Assembly (NCBI GenBank): GCA_964188305.1
Contig: OZ076886.1
DNA from: Podarcis bocagei
Lineage: Eukaryota
DNA length: 64,000 nucleotides
Reading direction: 5' to 3' (one strand)
Part shown: piece by piece, positions 13,788-24,701 of the stretch
Layout: the number at the start of each line of letters is the position of its first letter
Numbering within the stretch: position 1 is the first letter of the stretch
Translations under genes and position numbers: made by a program
The notes under the pieces: model-generated
Told to the model about the DNA's origin: nothing
The model's database searches: none
What the model saw: the letters and a program-made list of their open reading frames with translations, nothing else

Positions 13788-14123
13788 CAGTGGTGCCTCG
13801 CAAGACGAAAATAATCCGTTCTGTGATTCTCTTTGTCTAGTGGTTTTTTCGTCTTGCGAAGCAAGCCCATTTACGGATTAGCGGATTAGTGCTATTAGCG
13901 GCCTTTAGCGGCTTATCGGCTTATCGGATCAGCTGATAAGCGGCTTAGCGGCTTAGAAAAAGGGGGGTGAAGGGGAAAAAACCCACAGGAACTCGCAAGA
14001 CATTTTCGTCTTGCGAAGCAAGCCCATAGGAGATTTGTTTTGCGAAGCACCTCCAAAACGGAAAACTCTTTCGTCTAGCGAGTTTTCCGTCTTGCGAGGC
14101 ATTCGTCTTGCGGGGCACCACTG
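13788..14123 (+). mobile_element. Tc1/mariner (pogo/Tigger-like) MITE, copy 1
   Basis: TA TSD, TIR CAGTGGTGCCTCGCAAGACGAA...TTCGTCTTGCGGGGCACCACTG, repeated TTCGTCTTGCGA motifs and internal TTAGCGGC tandem units. Confidence 0.92.
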
Positions 14124-14749
14124 TAACCTAATCTGCTCTCATTAATACTATCACCACTTTATCTTCATAGATTTTAAGAATGGAACAGGAAAACCAATAA
14201 TTATATATATATAATGACTTCATCTAAAAGGGGGATAATTTTTTATTCTTCCTCAACATCATTAACCTAAGTATTTCGCCATTTTAAGAGCACTTAATGA
14301 CTTTGCTTTGGTTGCTTTTAACTAGCCTCACACAACAGTGTGAAAGTTTAGCAGAGCTGAATACTTAATCCCAAATTCACAGGTATATTAATCAACTGAT
14401 GTTAGTAACTTGGAAAGACTGTGGGGTTATTATTATTCATTATTAATGTTAATAACAGTTTGATTTATTACTTATACGTCACCCTAAGGTCTCAGGGCAG
14501 GGTACAACAATATAAAATACAGTACAATATTTAAAAGAGTTTAATCAAAAAAATAGGGTTATGACAGATAAAAAACAGATTATTATGGATAGGTCGACAA
14601 AAACATTAACTCAGTGTGTAGTGTTAAAAAAGAGGATAATTCCAGGCAAAGCATTGACAAGAAGACTATCAGTATCATAATGTCATTCTATAAAATCTCT
14701 GGTTTGGCTGGATTTGAAATCCATAGTACCCCATAGTACAGAAATGGAT

Positions 14750-15461
14750 TCAATGCAAAATGGGCAACCAAAGTGATCAAGTGGGTTAGGGCACTTTCCC
14801 TACAAGGAATGACAAACACACTTGGGACTTTTCAGTTTAGTAACTTCTAAAGGGTTTTCGTTTTGTTTTTTTGAAACAGGCTTATAAACATTAGACCTTT
14901 AATCTCTGGGTCATGGAATCAAGCCCCATGTTTGGCAAAAGATTCCTGCATTGCAGGGTGTTGCACTAGATGACACTTGTGGTTCCTTCCCTACTCTACA
15001 ATTCAATGAGTCTACGGCATGAAGAAGGTGTATAGAGAAAACGTGTCCTCCCACTCTCATAATGCTAGAAATTGGGAGTCACCCAATGAAACTGATTGGC
15101 AATAGATTCAGGACAGACAAGATAAAGCACATCTTTACACAGTGCATAATTGATGGATTCACTACCACAAGATGTGGTTACCAACCCTAGCTTTAGATTA
15201 CTTTAAATGAGGATTTTGTAAAATCATTCAGTATAGATCTATCAGTAGCTATCAGCCAGGGTGGCTAAGTGGAAGATCCATTTTCGTAAACAATATTCCA
15301 CTGAATACCCATTAAGAGGGATGGACACATGGGAGGCCTATTGCATCCACGCCTTGTTTGATGACTTGCTGGAGGTATCTGGTTCAGCACTCTGGAAAAC
15401 AGGATGCTAAACTAAATGAAGGCTTGATCTGATCCAGCAGGGCTCTTCTTATGTTTTTATG
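14750..15461 (+). mobile_element. Old CR1 3' fragment interrupted by a tRNA-derived SINE with CR1-type tail (about 14888-15012)
   Basis: Degenerate ORF2 end (gcaaccaaagtgatcaag...agattcaggacagacaa) and tail ctgatccagcagggctcttcttatg. The insert reads cttaatctctgggtc-like head...ggcaaaagattcctgcattgcaggg...ctctaca. Confidence 0.75.
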
Positions 15462-16004
15462 ATACCACTATTCTCCTTAAGTTAATCAACTTCTTCCTGC
15501 CCTACTTCCAGGCAACTGATGAGCATTTGAGACTATGCACCATATTTTATTATAGGGAAGAAAGCATATAGTCTGATTCATTATTAGCATGACAATGATC
15601 AAAGTGCCATCTCAAATAACTGTAGTGAGGAGTAGGAGAAGCATGTCTCTCTGTGTCAAGTTCAGTCCATGAAAGTCAAATCTCTCATAAAGGAAATGCA
15701 ATTAAGTCTCTAGAGAAAGACTTCTGCAGACACTCTTGTGGATATAAATATCATACTGAAAATGACAGCTGCTCAAGGCAGGTGAATAACGGAGGATTCA
15801 GGAAGGTGGTCAACAAAAACAAAGTTCCCTAACATTTGACAACAGTTTAGAGGACAATTGTTTGGGTAGTATAACTCACTGTCTCTGCTAAAATACAAAA
15901 GTGCAGAACTTTAAAAAAAAAAAATTCCAGGAAGAAAAACCAAGCAAATATGCTTCTTTAGGAGGCTATTGATACACATTTACCCCCCAAACAAAAATCC
16001 CCTC

Positions 16005-16190
16005 TACATACAGGAAGCTGCCCTATACCAAATCAGACCATTGATTCATCTAACTCAGTGCTGTCTAGACCAACTGGCAGCAGCTCTCCAGGGTTCAAGA
16101 GACAGGGAGTACTCCCTACCTGCTATGAATTGAATCTGGACCTTCTACACACAAAACATTCTCGACCTCAGAGCTATGGTACTTCCCCAT
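16005..16190 (-). mobile_element. tRNA-derived SINE
   Basis: caggaagctgccctatacc...ctcagtgctgtctag...ctggaccttct, the reverse complement of the family at 9875. Confidence 0.65.
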
Positions 16191-16604
16191 ACGGACAAAA
16201 AAAGTCTGCAGTCTTCTGGGGTTATTGTGCTAACAATGTCTCAAAAAAATTAAGAGGGGAGCAGTTTCATTGCTCTTCAAAATTCACCAACGATAACCAG
16301 AAAAACATACCCTTTTGCAGCTATCACTTAATAGTGACTTACCCCAAGGTGAACCAACACCACGGTTTCCTACATACATGTTTTGTTTTCTTCAGCTTTT
16401 AATTATTCAATTGGGTATGCATTTTAAAAGCTGAACATAGGCTACTGTCTCTTCTTGCTAGGCAAACACATTTGAGAGAACAGGAGTGTATGTATGAGAG
16501 CTCACGAGAACTTTGGGTAACAATCCTGATTTCTAATCTTAGCCAAGAGATTTGAACAGGTCACAGAATCACACACTCTTTTCCAAGATCTACATTTCAT
16601 ACAG

Positions 16605-16711
16605 CAGGGATGAGAAATCGGCAGCCTCCAAGTGGTTGTTGGATTACAACTCCGATCATCCCAACCATGGGTGGGGCTGACATCTGGAGGGTTAGCAGTT
16701 CTCCATCCCTG
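16605..16711. mobile_element. hAT MITE (internally deleted)
   Basis: TIR CAGGGATG...CATCCCTG and 8-bp TSD TCATACAG (16597-16604 and 16712-16719). Confidence 0.85.
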
Positions 16712-16859
16712 TCATACAGTAATTTCTCCAACCCTTTCTCATAACCCATTATCATGGCTAGGTATTAAATTGCATCAACCTAACCAGTGTTTCTACCACA
16801 ATCAAGATTTTGAAGCAATTCTGCAAACCCTAGGCACAATGGGAACCTTGGTTAACATG

Positions 16860-17736
16860 AAACTGGGAGGGGTGGCTAACACCCCAGAGGACAGGATCAC
16901 ACTTCAAAACGACCTTGACAGATTAGAGAACTGGGCCAAAACAAACAAGATGAATTTTAACAGGGAGAAATGTAAAGTATTGCACTTGGCCAAAAAAAAT
17001 GAGAGGCACAAATACAAGATGGGTAACACCTGGCTTGAGAGCAGTACATGTGAAAAGGATCTAGGAGTCTTGGTTGACCACAAACTTGACATGAGCCAAC
17101 AGTGTGACGCGGCAGCTTAAAAAGCCAATGCAATTCTGGGCTGCATAAATAGGAGTATAGCATCTAGATCAAGGGAAGTAATAGTGCCATTGTATTCTGC
17201 TCTGGTTAGACCTCACCTGGAGTACTGTGTCCAGTTCTGGGCACCACAGTTCAAGAAGGACACTGACAAACTGGAACGTGTCCAGAGGAGGGCAACCAAA
17301 ATGGTCAAAGGCCTGGAAACGATGCCTTATGAGGAACGGCTAAGGGAGCTGGGCATGTTTAGCCTGGAGAAGAGGAGGTTAAGGGGTGATATGATAGCCA
17401 TGTTCAAATATATAAAAGGATGTCACATAGAGGAGGGAGAAAGGTTGTTTTCTGCTGCTCCAGAGAAGCGGACACGGAGCAATGGATCCAAACTACAAGA
17501 AAGAAGATTCCACCTAAACATTAGGAAGAACTTCCTGACAGTAAGAGCTGTTCGACAGTGGAATTTGCTGCCAAGGAGTGTGGTGGAGTCTTCTTCTTTG
17601 GAGGTCTTTAAGCAGAGGCTTGACAACCATATGTCAGGAGTGCTCTGATGGTGTTTCCTGCTTGGCAGGGGGTTGGACTCGATGACCCTTGTGGTCTCTT
17701 CCAACTCTATGATTCTATGATTCTATGATTCTATGA
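16860..17736 (+). mobile_element. Young 5'-truncated CR1 LINE (ORF2 C-terminus and 3' UTR), antisense to CPEB4
   Basis: KLGGVANTPEDR...LQNDLDRLENWA...[19 protein letters not shown]...FKQRLD. The two track ORFs are one frame split by a single TAA at 17118-17120. (TTCTATGA)n tail; ATGAAAC repeated at both junctions. Confidence 0.97.
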
Positions 17737-19149
17737 AACAGTGTTAAGGTCAGTGCCGATGTAGTTATTAACCACAATGATGGGGGCAGGAAAAGGGAGA
17801 ATTCTCACGAGAGAGAAGGCAGCTCAGAAGTCTGTGGCCCATTCCCAGGAACTACTGGCCATCTTAATTCATCCACCAACCATTTATTCCATGTTATTAT
17901 ATGGTTTTATGCTAATTTTTCTCCTAGTGCAACTTTTATATTAATTGATTTGGTTGACTGTATTCATATTTTATTTATCTGAAATCTGTGAACTGCCTAA
18001 GGGACATGATTAATTGGGTAGTATATGTGACAAAAATACATTAAAGATTTTTTTTAAAAGTTCTTCTTTAGTTGCTAGTTCGTTAGTAACCATTTCCCTC
18101 TCAACGTTTACAGGCTTTCAGCGCCGACAAGTCAGTGGTGCTTGGATCCAGAGGCAATGGTGGGAAGAACAATGGATGTGACCTGAGTACGGTGGGCTGC
18201 TTTCCAGCCACACAAAAGTCAGAGGCTTCTACATTCCAGTCAACCAGGAAGAGGCATGATCACAGTTCAATGACATATTCCTGCTAACCAGAATCACCCA
18301 AAGAGGAGCTGTGGCTTGGGAGAGTCCCACAGTCCACTATTAGGGCCTGGGATTCTCTATCCCTGACCTTAAGGCAATAGCCACTGAGGAAAAGAACGAT
18401 TATTGTGTCTCCAGCCTGCCTACAATCAACTCTAGCTGTCTTTGCTTGTTTCAAGGGGTACTTCAAATTTTTCAGTGGTCAAAGTCTGACATTATGCATG
18501 ATTACTTCTTATGTGATGAATGTAACATGCAGCCAAGCACTCAGTCAGATATTAATTGAGCTATCTGTGCTACCATTATCCTGTGTGCCAATCCAATTTC
18601 ATGGGATTCAAAATGTTTTCTAGAGTTATAGTGTGAGCCTATTTTTAAAACTTCACAAGCAACAAAGGCTTCTGCCAATTATCTCACATTTGAAAGGAAA
18701 TGCCACCTTGAAAAATAACTTGTAGTATACAGAAATATTTATATCCCCGCTTACCCAGTAATGAGTTGATGAATAGCTTTACAGAGTCACATCTTACATC
18801 TTTTTGGGATGCTTATTAAAAAAAACACCTATGAAGAGTTACAGTAAATAGCCTCTTAAAAGCGTGCAATGACAAAATAGCACAACTGAACTATAATAAA
18901 TATTTTACATTAAATAGCTAAAATGCATACATGGAATGTTAAGAACCTTGAAAGCAATTCTATTTTAGATTATGTCTATTTGGAGGCCAATTAACCTAGA
19001 TTACTTATTTATGAAAGGAAACCATGTCCCTTTTCTGCAGTTCTTATCAGGATGAAGCACCTGAAAGTACACAGAATATTTCACAGACCAAGCAGTTCTG
19101 ATTGCTATGACAAGGTGACCACAGATTCAGTTAAGTAAGACATTGACAC

Positions 19150-19978
19150 AGTTTGCATGTAATGCTAAGCCAACCCATGGCTAAAGACGAATGTGTAAGC
19201 ATTTATGTATTCACAGCAAAGATGGCAGCAACTTCACTCCTCTGGTCATCCTACTGCCATGCTTCCTGGAGCAAAGCCATGGTCTGGCATGGCATCACAT
19301 CCAAATCAAGGCTCATGGTGGTTTGCGTTCCCCAGACAAACCATGAGCTGTAAGTCCCACCCCACCCCCCGCACCCAAACAAACCATTAGCTACAGCTTA
19401 TGGTTTGTCTGGAGCAAGACAAATCACAAGCACAGGTTCAGATGTAATGCTAAGCCAAACCATGGTTAAGCTCCAGGCAGTGCGGCAGCAGGCAAAGCAG
19501 GCACCCAAATGAGGCAGGGTGAAGCAGCTGCCTCAGGTGGCAGAAATGCAAGAGGCAGCACCCAGCCTGCCCCACTGCTTCTGCTACCACTGGAACACCC
19601 CACTCTCACCTAGTTTCCACCACTCTGCTTTGCTGCTGGTCTCTCTGTGTCCCTGGGGGCAGAAGGAGGCCCGCAGGAAAGTTCTCTGCAGGGCAGGGAG
19701 TCTCAGCAAGGGGGAAATTCCTTCCTACATCCCACCACCACCACCACCAGTGGAGTGGAAAGAGAAAAAGCCCCTACAGAGCCTCATGCATACACACCCC
19801 AAATGTGGGGGCGGCAGCAGGGCATTTAGTCTCAATCACCAAAATGCTTTGGGCTGCCCCTGGAAGCAGGAGGACCAGAGGAGGTATGAAGCAGCTGCAA
19901 TTTTTGCTACAAGTAGTCACAGGCTCACACATTCATGTTTAACCATGGTTTGGCTTAGTGTTATTTGCAAACCAGGCC
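19150..19978. mobile_element. Non-autonomous DNA transposon with long inverted termini (PIF/Harbinger-like, tentative)
   Basis: gtttgcatgtaatgctaagccaacccatgg (19151) and gtaatgctaagccaaaccatggttaa (19444) are inverted relative to ttaaccatggtttggcttagtgttatttgcaaac (19939-19971). Confidence 0.55.
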
Positions 19979-20847
19979 ATTAGCCAGTTGTGGATACTCA
20001 AATGAGGAAGTGAAAGTTATCTGAACCACATTCAGAGGTACTCCTCCCAAGAAGCAAGGTACAGAAGATACAGTCCTTGGAAAGGCCCTGAAACCCAACA
20101 ACAGTATTATGTAACTGAGATCAAACCATAATGCATGTTCGTTGCTACTGTTCAAGGCATGGGAGTTGCCTAGTTACACCACACCACTTGCTAAATTGCG
20201 TTTTCTATAAGCTGGTTCCACCCAGCATAATGTAAGTTATATACTTGATATCAGTATAAGCCTGCAAGGTAGTTAATTACAAAGATAGGACATTTTTGTA
20301 CTTGCACATGAGGCAACATGGTTGTATATTAAGATTCCATTTCACATAGTTTAAGGCCATGGCGCAGGAAGCTAACTGAAACTGGATTTGGCTCTCTTCT
20401 CTTTGAGGAAAGACCATACCTGCTGCTCAGGTCCCCCATATGTTTCACCTGGATAATTTATTCTCCACCCTGAATAGCTATTTAGGTTTGGTGACAGTGG
20501 TAGCTACTGCTTTCACCCCAGAAGTGGGTAGAAGCAACTCTGGATAGCCACTGTGTCAAGCATTTTGGGATTCTTTGTGACAAGAAGAACTATTAAAGGG
20601 TAAGTTAATTCCATTACTACCAGGAACCTAGACAATAGAAGAAATTTACTTTCCAGGAAGGCCGTAAATCTGCTCTAGCCATGCCAAGGCCAGTGATGAA
20701 CTAGAGCAAAAGCCTTGGACAAAGTAAATAAATAAGGGAGTCTGACACATAAAACCCCAAGACATGTAAGTTAAGATTATTGCTTAAGCACTGACCCTAA
20801 AGACAAATGTATTGCTTAGCATGCTGCTTCTAGGAGGCTGTACATTA

Positions 20848-21119
20848 CAGTGGTGCCTTGCAAGACGAAATTAATCCGTTCCGCGAGTCTCTTCGTCTTG
20901 CGGTTTCTTCGTCTTGCAAAGCACGGCTATTAGCGGTTTAGCGGCTATTAACAGCTTAGCGGCTTTAAGAAAAAGGAAACAAACTCGCAAGAACTCGCAA
21001 GACGTTTCGTCTTGCGAAGCAAGCCCATAGGGAAATTCGTCTTGCGGAACGACTCAAAAAACTCTTTCGTCTTGCGCGTTTTTCGTCTTGCGAGGCATTC
21101 GTCTTGCGAGGTACCACTG
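20848..21119 (+). mobile_element. Tc1/mariner MITE, copy 2 (same family and orientation, shorter internal array)
   Basis: TA TSD, CAGTGGTGCCTTGCAAGACGAA...TTCGTCTTGCGAGGTACCACTG. Confidence 0.92.
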
Positions 21120-22447
21120 TAATATATTTCAGGTATGTTTTGATTCAAACCATTTTCAGAACAGAAGAATGGTTATTTATGTGACTTCATCAATTCCTCA
21201 AGCTGTACCATTTTCAGCTGATAGATGCATTGTTCATTTTGTCAGACAGCAGACATTTATTAATTTATTCTCTACATTCCGAGTAGGTAGTATGTGTACC
21301 CACTAAGATGTTTCTGACAAAGTTTTCAATGTCAAAGTGTCATTGTCAGAATTTACAAGATTTCAGCAGTGAATTTGGATTAGGAGTATCATCCATTCTG
21401 CATAATGCACAGATTAACTGGAGTCTGCAGGAACACAAAATGCTCAATGACAACAGATAATTTTGTCATCACATATGCCAGAGTTTAAAAGATTTCAAAT
21501 CAGCTCCAAGTCTGAACACTGGGGAGTCAGGCCACTTCTATATCCCTAATTACTAATTACCATTGTTGAGGCCTCAGCCTGCTCTTGGGACTGGTTGTTC
21601 CTAGGAATGCTTGAGCCAATCCATATAATGGGAAATATAGTTACCACAGTCAAAGAGGCTACCCATATCACCAGGCCTAGGAGCAGAGATGGGACATGGG
21701 AACTACCTTCCCCATAATTCCAAGAGTCATTGAAAAGAAGTTATTTATGGAGTGGAACCAGTGCATTTGGCCTGTCCCAAGTTAAATGGACCTTAAACTT
21801 CAATTCAGGGGCAAATTCTGCACCATCTTGTTCTGTAGGTGTATTACAATATAGAGGAACCACAATGAAACAACACTGAGTGGCATCTTCATCCAAACCA
21901 AAATTATTCACTTCTGTAACTTATATGCTTAGCTCACATTTTCTACCAGTTTACCAGACAGACAGTACATACACAGCTCTAGGGCTAGGTCAGTTGGTTA
22001 CCTTGTACTCCAACAAAACCCCTAATATTCAGAGGACTCTTGTACATTATATCTATGGTATAACAGGATTGCCCAAGACTGTAAAATATCATACTGAGGA
22101 AAATAGGCAAACAGGGTAGGTGCATTTTACATATCTTCAGATAAGGCTTCAATTTTAAATCACATTTTAAAAGTGTTACTAATCTGAAGCCACTTCAGAA
22201 AGCAATGCTGGAAAACATGGCCTGTGTTTTTAAGTGGTATTATGCCAAGGCCATTAAGCACACACAAATGTTTTACTGACGGCTTCCACTTGAAGCAAAA
22301 GAAAAAGGAGGTCCAGAGTCTGGAGAAACTAACAAATAGGAGGGGGAAGTAACTGCTTTAGCTATTCTATAAATACTTGAACTTCATACTTTGTGCAAGT
22401 ATGTCAGCCTAATTATTTATTGCAGGAAAAGAGTAATCCAAGTTTAC

Positions 22448-22529
22448 CTTTCAGTGAATCACTTTCAGCTCTCATTATGTCAATTAGCGAGTTCTCCAGT
22501 GAATGCATGTCAAAAGTTCTCGTGCGATC
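22448..22529 (-). CDS. CPEB4: CPEB4 exon 2 (82 nt)
   Basis: Minus strand tttacttgcag|GATCGCACG...CTGAAAG|gtaaac encodes DRTRTFDMHSLENSLIDIMRAESDSLK+G, the conserved CPEB2-4 motif. Phase 0 to phase 1. Confidence 0.97.
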
Positions 22530-24539
22530 CTGCAAGTAAAACACAAATACCAGTTTAAAGAGAATGCTACTAAGAACTACCCAGAAACCTTTTCAAAACA
22601 GATTTTTTTAAAGCAGCAATTTAATAACATACTCCGAATCAGCTTATATTGATTAGAGTAAAGCAAACTATTAATGGTTTGGAGAACAGTTTGTAAGCAC
22701 TGGAGGCTCAAGCATTTACTGAAGTTATGTGGGAATACACCGACCGGATCAGTCCCTTGGAGCACAATAATTTTGAAACAAAAGTACTGTAACTTCAAGT
22801 TAGGAAGTCAAGGTTATCTGAACCTAATTCAGAGGTACTCCTACCAAGAAACAAGATACAGAATATATAATGTCTGCATCATTTGAGTAAATATTTTTCA
22901 TTTGTAGCATAAAGATTGCTTTAACCCAATTTAGTTTGATTTAATATTTGCATGCCACTTTTACAACAAAGTTGAGCTCAAAATGGCTCACAATAACGAA
23001 GTATTAAAAACAAGTGAACAGCATTTTGATCAATACACTCATATCAAGTACACAATAAGTAAGGCAAAATCAGTTTTACAAATAATGCAGTTCAAAACAA
23101 CCTCATATTTAAAAAAATATCCAAAAAGATTTTTTTTCCAGTATTTATGGCAAATCAAGACCTAGTGAAAAGCATTTCAGAATTCACTGTCACTAAATGA
23201 TGACCTTAAATATGTTGTGTGTTTTAGACAACACTTTCTCTCATATAAAATCCCACTACTTTTAGGGATCTCCAATAGGCTACCTTTCCATGGATAATTA
23301 GATACGTGTACCCAAAATGGGATTTTCCAGTGTAGTATGGCAGCTCTGGAATACTTTTTTTGGGAGGCCTCCAAGGCTACATCATATGGTGTTAACTGTC
23401 AACTGAACACTTACTTATTTTAGAATACATTTTAGTTCTCAAGTCTCAACATGGATAGTTTTGCTGTCACTGTATGTAATTATATTGATATCTTGCATTG
23501 ATTTTTTGCTGCGTGTTTTGTTAGGTTGTTGTAAACTACCTTAAGCACATTCGGGATGGAAATGCAGTTTAAATATCCAAAATATATTGAAGCAAATTTA
23601 AGACAGTCAAGAGCTACCACCAGTCCTGTTTGGAAAGTAGAATCACAATATGTGAATAATAAACAAAATAATAAAAATATAACCCTATCTGATGCAAGGC
23701 CATGTTTGCCAAATTTCATCAGCTTGACACGTCAAATGCTGATTTAAAACCACAGACTTCAAGCCTCAGCAAAAGTAGTTTCATAAAACAATTATATTTA
23801 GTTCTTTTTGCAATTAGAGTAAAACATAACTAGTTATGCATTTCCAAACACTCATATTGATATAAAAAAAGTGGTGAAATAGTCCAAGTGGGGAAAATTC
23901 TCATTGAGCTAAATTTTTATTCTCCTACATTTCTTATCTTTTTCTTTTATTTTTTTACTCTACTGATAGGATATATTGAGGCTTGGAACCCCCCCCCCCC
24001 CGCATGTTATACAAAGGTATAAATAATTCTTTTAAAATCTGAAGTATTTTTAAATACAGTATTACAAACAACTTTTTATGACCATAATCTCAAAACCATC
24101 CTCTTAGCATTTAAAGCCCAAAGAGCTCATCTATTTACTTGAAATGCAGCAGTGCAGTACATAATGTCATTTGCTCTATGCTATACAGTTATCAGTAGTT
24201 TCTGGTCAGATGCAGTTCAATAAAAACTGCAAGTCATGGAATTCTACTTACTTCAAATATTGGTATTCCACATTACCTAGTATTCCAGATGACAAGAGTA
24301 CACTGCATATGTTGAAATTCCATTCAGTGTTGTGAGACCAACATTGGAATTTACATAGATATTTAACTGAGGCACAATGACTTGCAGTGAAGACATTACC
24401 ATGTTGTCATCTGTAACACACTTCCCAAGTATTTCTCACATACAATAGCCAAAACTTAGCACGTACTTTCATAGTTCACTCTTGACCGAAACAACAAATA
24501 CCCAACTAAACAGAAAGTTCAACGTTGTGTCATCTGGAG

Positions 24540-24701
24540 GAGGTAGAGCACTCTGGAGGACCCAGCCGCTGATGCTGCAAAGTGCAGCATGCATGACCTA
24601 TGTCACATGCATGCGACATGCACCAGGCCCCCTAAACAATATCCAACAAATATTCAGAGGGGTGAAGACACCTCCCCCCCCCCCCCGAGTTGGCATGCCT
24701 G
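24540..24701. mobile_element. hAT-like terminal remnant
   Basis: Palindromic gcatgcatgacctatgtcacatgcatgc and end gagttggcatgcctg. Confidence 0.35.

Noticed and set aside
13880-13955. Short tandem units resembling a CRISPR or telomeric array
   Set aside because: Internal minisatellite of a MITE with no spacers, in a eukaryotic context.
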